A stretch of DNA of 64,000 nt from the human T2T-CHM13v2.0 reference genome, Homo sapiens, in the NCBI RefSeq assembly GCF_009914755.1, contig NC_060934.1. One strand, written 5' to 3'. The notes under the pieces were generated by a model. The model had not been told where the DNA came from. It was given only the letters and a program-made list of their open reading frames with translations, and ran no database searches. The translations under genes and the position numbers were made by a program. The stretch's first letter is position 1, and each line of letters starts with the position of its first letter. This document shows, piece by piece, positions 59,743 through 64,000 of this stretch.

Positions 59743-60473
59743 TGATGGTTTCCAGCCTCATCCATGTCCCTGCAAAGGATATGAACTCATCTTTTTTTAT
59801 GGCTGCATAGTATTCCATGGTGTATATGTGCCACATTTTCTTTATCCAGTCTATCATTGATGAGCATTTGGGCTGGTTCCAAGTCTTTGCTATTGTGAAC
59901 AGTGCCGCAATAAACATATGTGTGCATGTGTCCTTATAGTAGGATGATTTATAATCCTTTGGGTATATACCCAGTAATGGGATTGCTGGGCCAAATGGTA
60001 TTGCTAGTTCCAGATCCTTGAGGAATCCCCACACCTTATCTTCCAGAATGGTTGAACTAATTTACACTGCCACCAACAGCGTAAAAGCATTCCTATTTCT
60101 CTGCATCCTCTCCAGCATCTGTCGTTTCCTGACTTTTGAATGATCGCCATTCTAACTGGCATGAGATGGTATCTCATTGTGGTTTTGATTTGCGTTTCTC
60201 TAATGACCATTGACAGAAAACCAAACACCGCGTGTTCTCACTCATAAGTGGGAGTTGAACAATGAGAACACGTGGACACAGGGAGGGGAACATCACACAC
60301 GGGGGCCTGTCAGGGGCGTGGGGGCTGGGGAAGGATAGCATTAGGAGAAATACCTGATGTAGATGATGGGTTGATGGGTGCAACAAACTACCGTGGCACG
60401 TGTATACCTATGTAAAAAAACTTGCACATTCTGCACGTGTACCCCAGAACTTAAAGTATAAAAAAAAAAGAAA
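59743..60473 (+). mobile_element. Twin-primed L1PA7-like insertion: inverted 59743-60213, sense 60213-60473
   Basis: Perfect 20-bp TSD agaaaagaaagctaagggaa at 59723-59742 and 60474-60493. Short L1 deletion at the inversion point. Confidence 0.92.
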
Positions 60474-61179
60474 AGAAAAGAAAGCTAAGGGAAAAAGTAG
60501 ATAAGCGATTTCAAAATCTCAAGTAAAATGGCCTTCTGAAGAAGCAGAAAAAGTGGGAATTTCTCAATAGGAAGAGAAGGACAGGAGGACTCCCAAGGAA
60601 ACCTCTGCATGGCTCTGACTAGATTGTGTACAACGGGTCCAGCTGCATCCCTGGCTGCAGCTGCCACTGTTTGTCAGGCAAAGGCAAGTGATTCTCCCTA
60701 ACCTAGGAGAGACTTCCCTTAAGAACAGGACTCTCAGTTAAGTGAAAAGAAATAAAATACTCTGAGCCAGAAAATTAAATCCTGGGTGAGGAAACTCAAG
60801 TTGTGATGAATGTCAAGGAAGATGGAGACAGCCTGCAGCTGTTTTCTTTTAGTAGGACGTTAGGTGTAAGCTGGTTCATCCATTCGACTGTTATGAACAG
60901 CCGCAGACCTGAGGGCTGATTTCTGATGGGGATGTCTGGCCCCGTAACACATAAACAAGCTGGCCAAGAGGGAAATCAAACCCCAGGGTCCACTCTTAGC
61001 AGCAAAATGCTCAAATCAGATGGATCCACTTGGTGGGTTTGAAAATGATGGGCTTCAAGGCTCCTCCAAGGATCTACTGATCTGCACCCATTCAGGAGTA
61101 GAGTCAGCAATGGCCATACCCTGGAATTGCAGGGATTAAGGATGACTGCCTATCCCCCATCTCTAACTCAATTTGGATG

Positions 61180-61400
61180 CCACCAACACTTAATGTCTAC
61201 AATGTGCCAGATGGCGAGTCAAGTTCTAGCATGTATTATTTCATTTAATCTGTATAAATATTCTAGGATGCAGGTATCACTATCCCAATTTTAAAGGCTA
61301 AAATATTAAAGTTAGAAGAAGTAACTGGCCCCAGACCATGTCTCTGCTAAGTCCAAAGCCAGGATTCAAGTCACTGGGCCCCAAATTCAGAGATATTTAT
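61180..61400 (-). mobile_element. MIR
   Basis: tttcatttaatc...tatcccaatttta...gccaggattcaag. Confidence 0.6.
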
Positions 61401-62504
61401 TTGCAAAGCCTTGGCACTGTCTACAAGGCACTAGGACTGGCCTTATTTACTGTCTGCCTCCAGGCCCTTTATCCCTTTGAGATACTAGGATACCACCCAA
61501 AACAACCTCACTTCTCCACATATACCCCGTAGGGGCTTTGAATTAGAAATGTTTTCATCATTGACAGCTTCAAGCCTTCTGTCTTTGAAATGCAAGCAAT
61601 TTCCCCTTCTCACTTTACCATCACATATGAGAATAGATGCTATACGAAGGACATGTTTTTTATGTATGTGTGTGTGTGCACACATGCATTTGTGTGTTGA
61701 TAGCATTTTTGTTTCTCTGCCAAGCCATTCTCTTTCCTTACCCAATTCCCAAATGAAAAATACCTAAATAAAGTTTGAAGAAGGAAAATGTATTTATTAT
61801 ATATGTATTTGGCAAAACTGGACTGGCATCACCCAGTGGTTTAGCAAAGCATTTGATGCAGCTGGCCTTGCCTTTTTTCAAGGTTGAATGTCTAGGCATG
61901 TAATTTATTATTATTCCATTAAGATGGCCGAGGACATGTGATGCCTTCAACTCTTCCTTCTGTATGGAGCGGTGCTTTGCAATCAGTAGGCAGGTGAGAT
62001 GAGAGTTCCTTGTCAAGAACCCCATGGCTCTGTGCTGGTATGAGTTGAGTTGTGATAGCACTGATTATTTCAGATAATGATGAACAATAGGCAGGATGAG
62101 TACAAATCATACCCTCCACTACAGGCCTGTGGCATCAGCGTAGGAGGCAGCCACTTAGCTTACTAGGAGGTGTAGCTCGTTGACATGCACCCCTTCTCTT
62201 CCTCCTCTTCCATTTAGTGGTTCCTGGATGCTGTTATCCAATAACAGAAATAAAGTCTCCTGGCTCCCCAGTTTTGAGGAGAACTTTAAGTGCAATTGCC
62301 CCTGAGGGAAGTAAAACATTGACCTAAACTGACATTGAGGCAAAGGTTTCCAGTGGATTAGGCCTCCAATTCTTAGCCTTCTAGAGCTGTTGTCTACTCA
62401 GATTTAAATGAGCATTTAATATAGTCCATTAAAAGTCTGGAAGCAGCAAAAATAACAGTTGGGAGGCTCAAAGGTAAATGTTGTGGCTCCATTTGTTTAT
62501 TTTT

Positions 62505-62862
62505 TTAGAACTTTTTTTTTTTGGTTTGGGGTTATACGTGCATGTTTGTTATATAATTGCGTAGTGGTAAGTCTGGGCTTTTGGTGTACCCATCATCTAA
62601 ATAGCGAACATTGTACCCAAGAGGTACTTTTTCAACCCTCACCCCTCTCCTACTTTTTCCCCTTTTTGAGTCCCCAGTGTCTGTTATTACTTTGTGTCCA
62701 TGTGTACCCATTGTTTAGCTCCCACTTACAAGTAAGAACACACAGTATTTGATTTTCTGTTTCTCAGTTAATTCACTTAAAATAATGGCCTCAAGCTCCA
62801 TCCACATTGCTGCAAAAGACATGATTTCATTCTTTTTATGGCTGCATAGTATTCTATGGTGT
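62505..62862 (-). mobile_element. L1PA15/16-like 3' end
   Basis: tgtgtacccattgtttagctcccactta...tttttatggctgcatagtattc. Confidence 0.85.
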
Positions 62863-64000
62863 TGTGTTTCTATGTGTGTGTTTCAAAGGTAAAATTTTAA
62901 GACAGTGTGAAATAAAATAATCATTTGCCTTTCAATGAGATTGAAAGAATGAAACACACATTCCTGTGAAAAGAATTTGAGAACCAGAGTAAGAGTGGGA
63001 GGAAACGGAGAGCAATCATTTAGACACTGGCTGCAGGAGGGGACCACAATGCTGACTGTCTTAGCTTCACTTCACTGTCCTTTGTAAAAGCAGTGCCACA
63101 GTCTAGGCTTGCTTTGGCTAGTCTGTCACTGACGTTTTTCTCAGCCTGTCAGTTTCTCTTCTGAGTTGTCTATGTAGCACCCAACACAGCATCTCTAGCA
63201 GGAGGAAAACCATGTTATTTCCTTCATTTAACCTTAAGAACAAAGGTCACCCTGCGGGTAACTTGTCTTCTACTAAGACAGCCTGTGAGTTTACAGTGAC
63301 GTGTGACAGCCAGCCAAAAGTCTTAATGGAGACCTTGCTTTGACTGAGCAGAATTCCCCCAGGGGCTGCATTAGCCTCCCAGACTGCAGGGCACAGGCAG
63401 TTCTGGGGATTCTCTGGGTCAGTGATAAAGAAGTTGTCATACTGAATCAATCCCAGAGCACAGACAGCCGATGAAGTACATGAGTTTATATTGGCAATAA
63501 AGGCGACAAAGGCTATCATAGTTTACCGTGTTGTTTTTTTGTTTCTGTTTTTGTTTTTTACTAAGTGCTTTTCTGTTCCAAAAAAAAAAAAGTAAAAGAT
63601 GCTCTCCTTTTTTGTCTTACCTCTGCACCCCACAACTTGCCTTATTAACGTGCATGGGGGTCTGTGGATTTTTTGGAGATGAAAGCAAGGGGGAGTGAGA
63701 AGTGTATAATAAGAATGATTGAATTAGAGGACCGGGGCTAGAATGGAGGGGTAAGTGAGGGGTGCCCAAAGGCTACAGAATATCCTGGGTTGTTGGGGCA
63801 CCAGGCAGGCTGCTGGAGAAATGTCTGGTTCTAAAATAGCACTGTCCCTCTCGATTGGCATGTACCCTAAGAGAGAAAAAACATCAGCCAGATTCTCCAC
63901 ATAGACTAATAAAAATATGACTTGTTCTCTCCCTTTTCTCATTCTGTTTTTTACACACTGGGAAGGTGGACAATCCCATGGGGGAGTCTCTTTGGGGGTT

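Noticed and set aside
63341-63350. ARE/MARE-like tgactgagca
   Set aside because: Single imperfect short motif.

Overview
Primate (human-like), AT-rich, CpG-poor intronic or intergenic DNA dominated by interspersed repeats. I see no recognisable host protein-coding exon. The long ORFs are LINE-1 ORF1/ORF2/ORF0 remnants. Young elements: (1) a full-length, disabled L1PA3/4-like element (-, 1183-7330) nested in an MSTA solo LTR; (2) a 5'-truncated L1 (-, about 16990-18254) joined head-to-head to nt 1-46 of 5S rRNA inside one target-site duplication (TSD); (3) a twin-primed, 5'-inverted L1 (43113-46330) with a 34-bp duplicated junction and an open RT frame. Also present: an L1 insertion with a 57-bp TSD carrying a second, older L1 3' end (probable 3' transduction), a second twin-primed L1, Alus, MaLR/ERVL/ERV1 solo LTRs, and L2, MIR, MER5 and old L1M fragments. 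Most notable: the inverted 5S rRNA-L1 chimera, which fits twin priming in trans on a cellular RNA; mosaic sharing of non-consensus variants among the three young L1s (possible ectopic gene conversion); a read-through ORF0 facing candidate + strand exons, including a 27-nt microexon; and an unexplained 180-bp direct repeat. Subfamily names come from recalled consensus features and need RepeatMasker/Dfam confirmation. Boundaries of old repeats are approximate.
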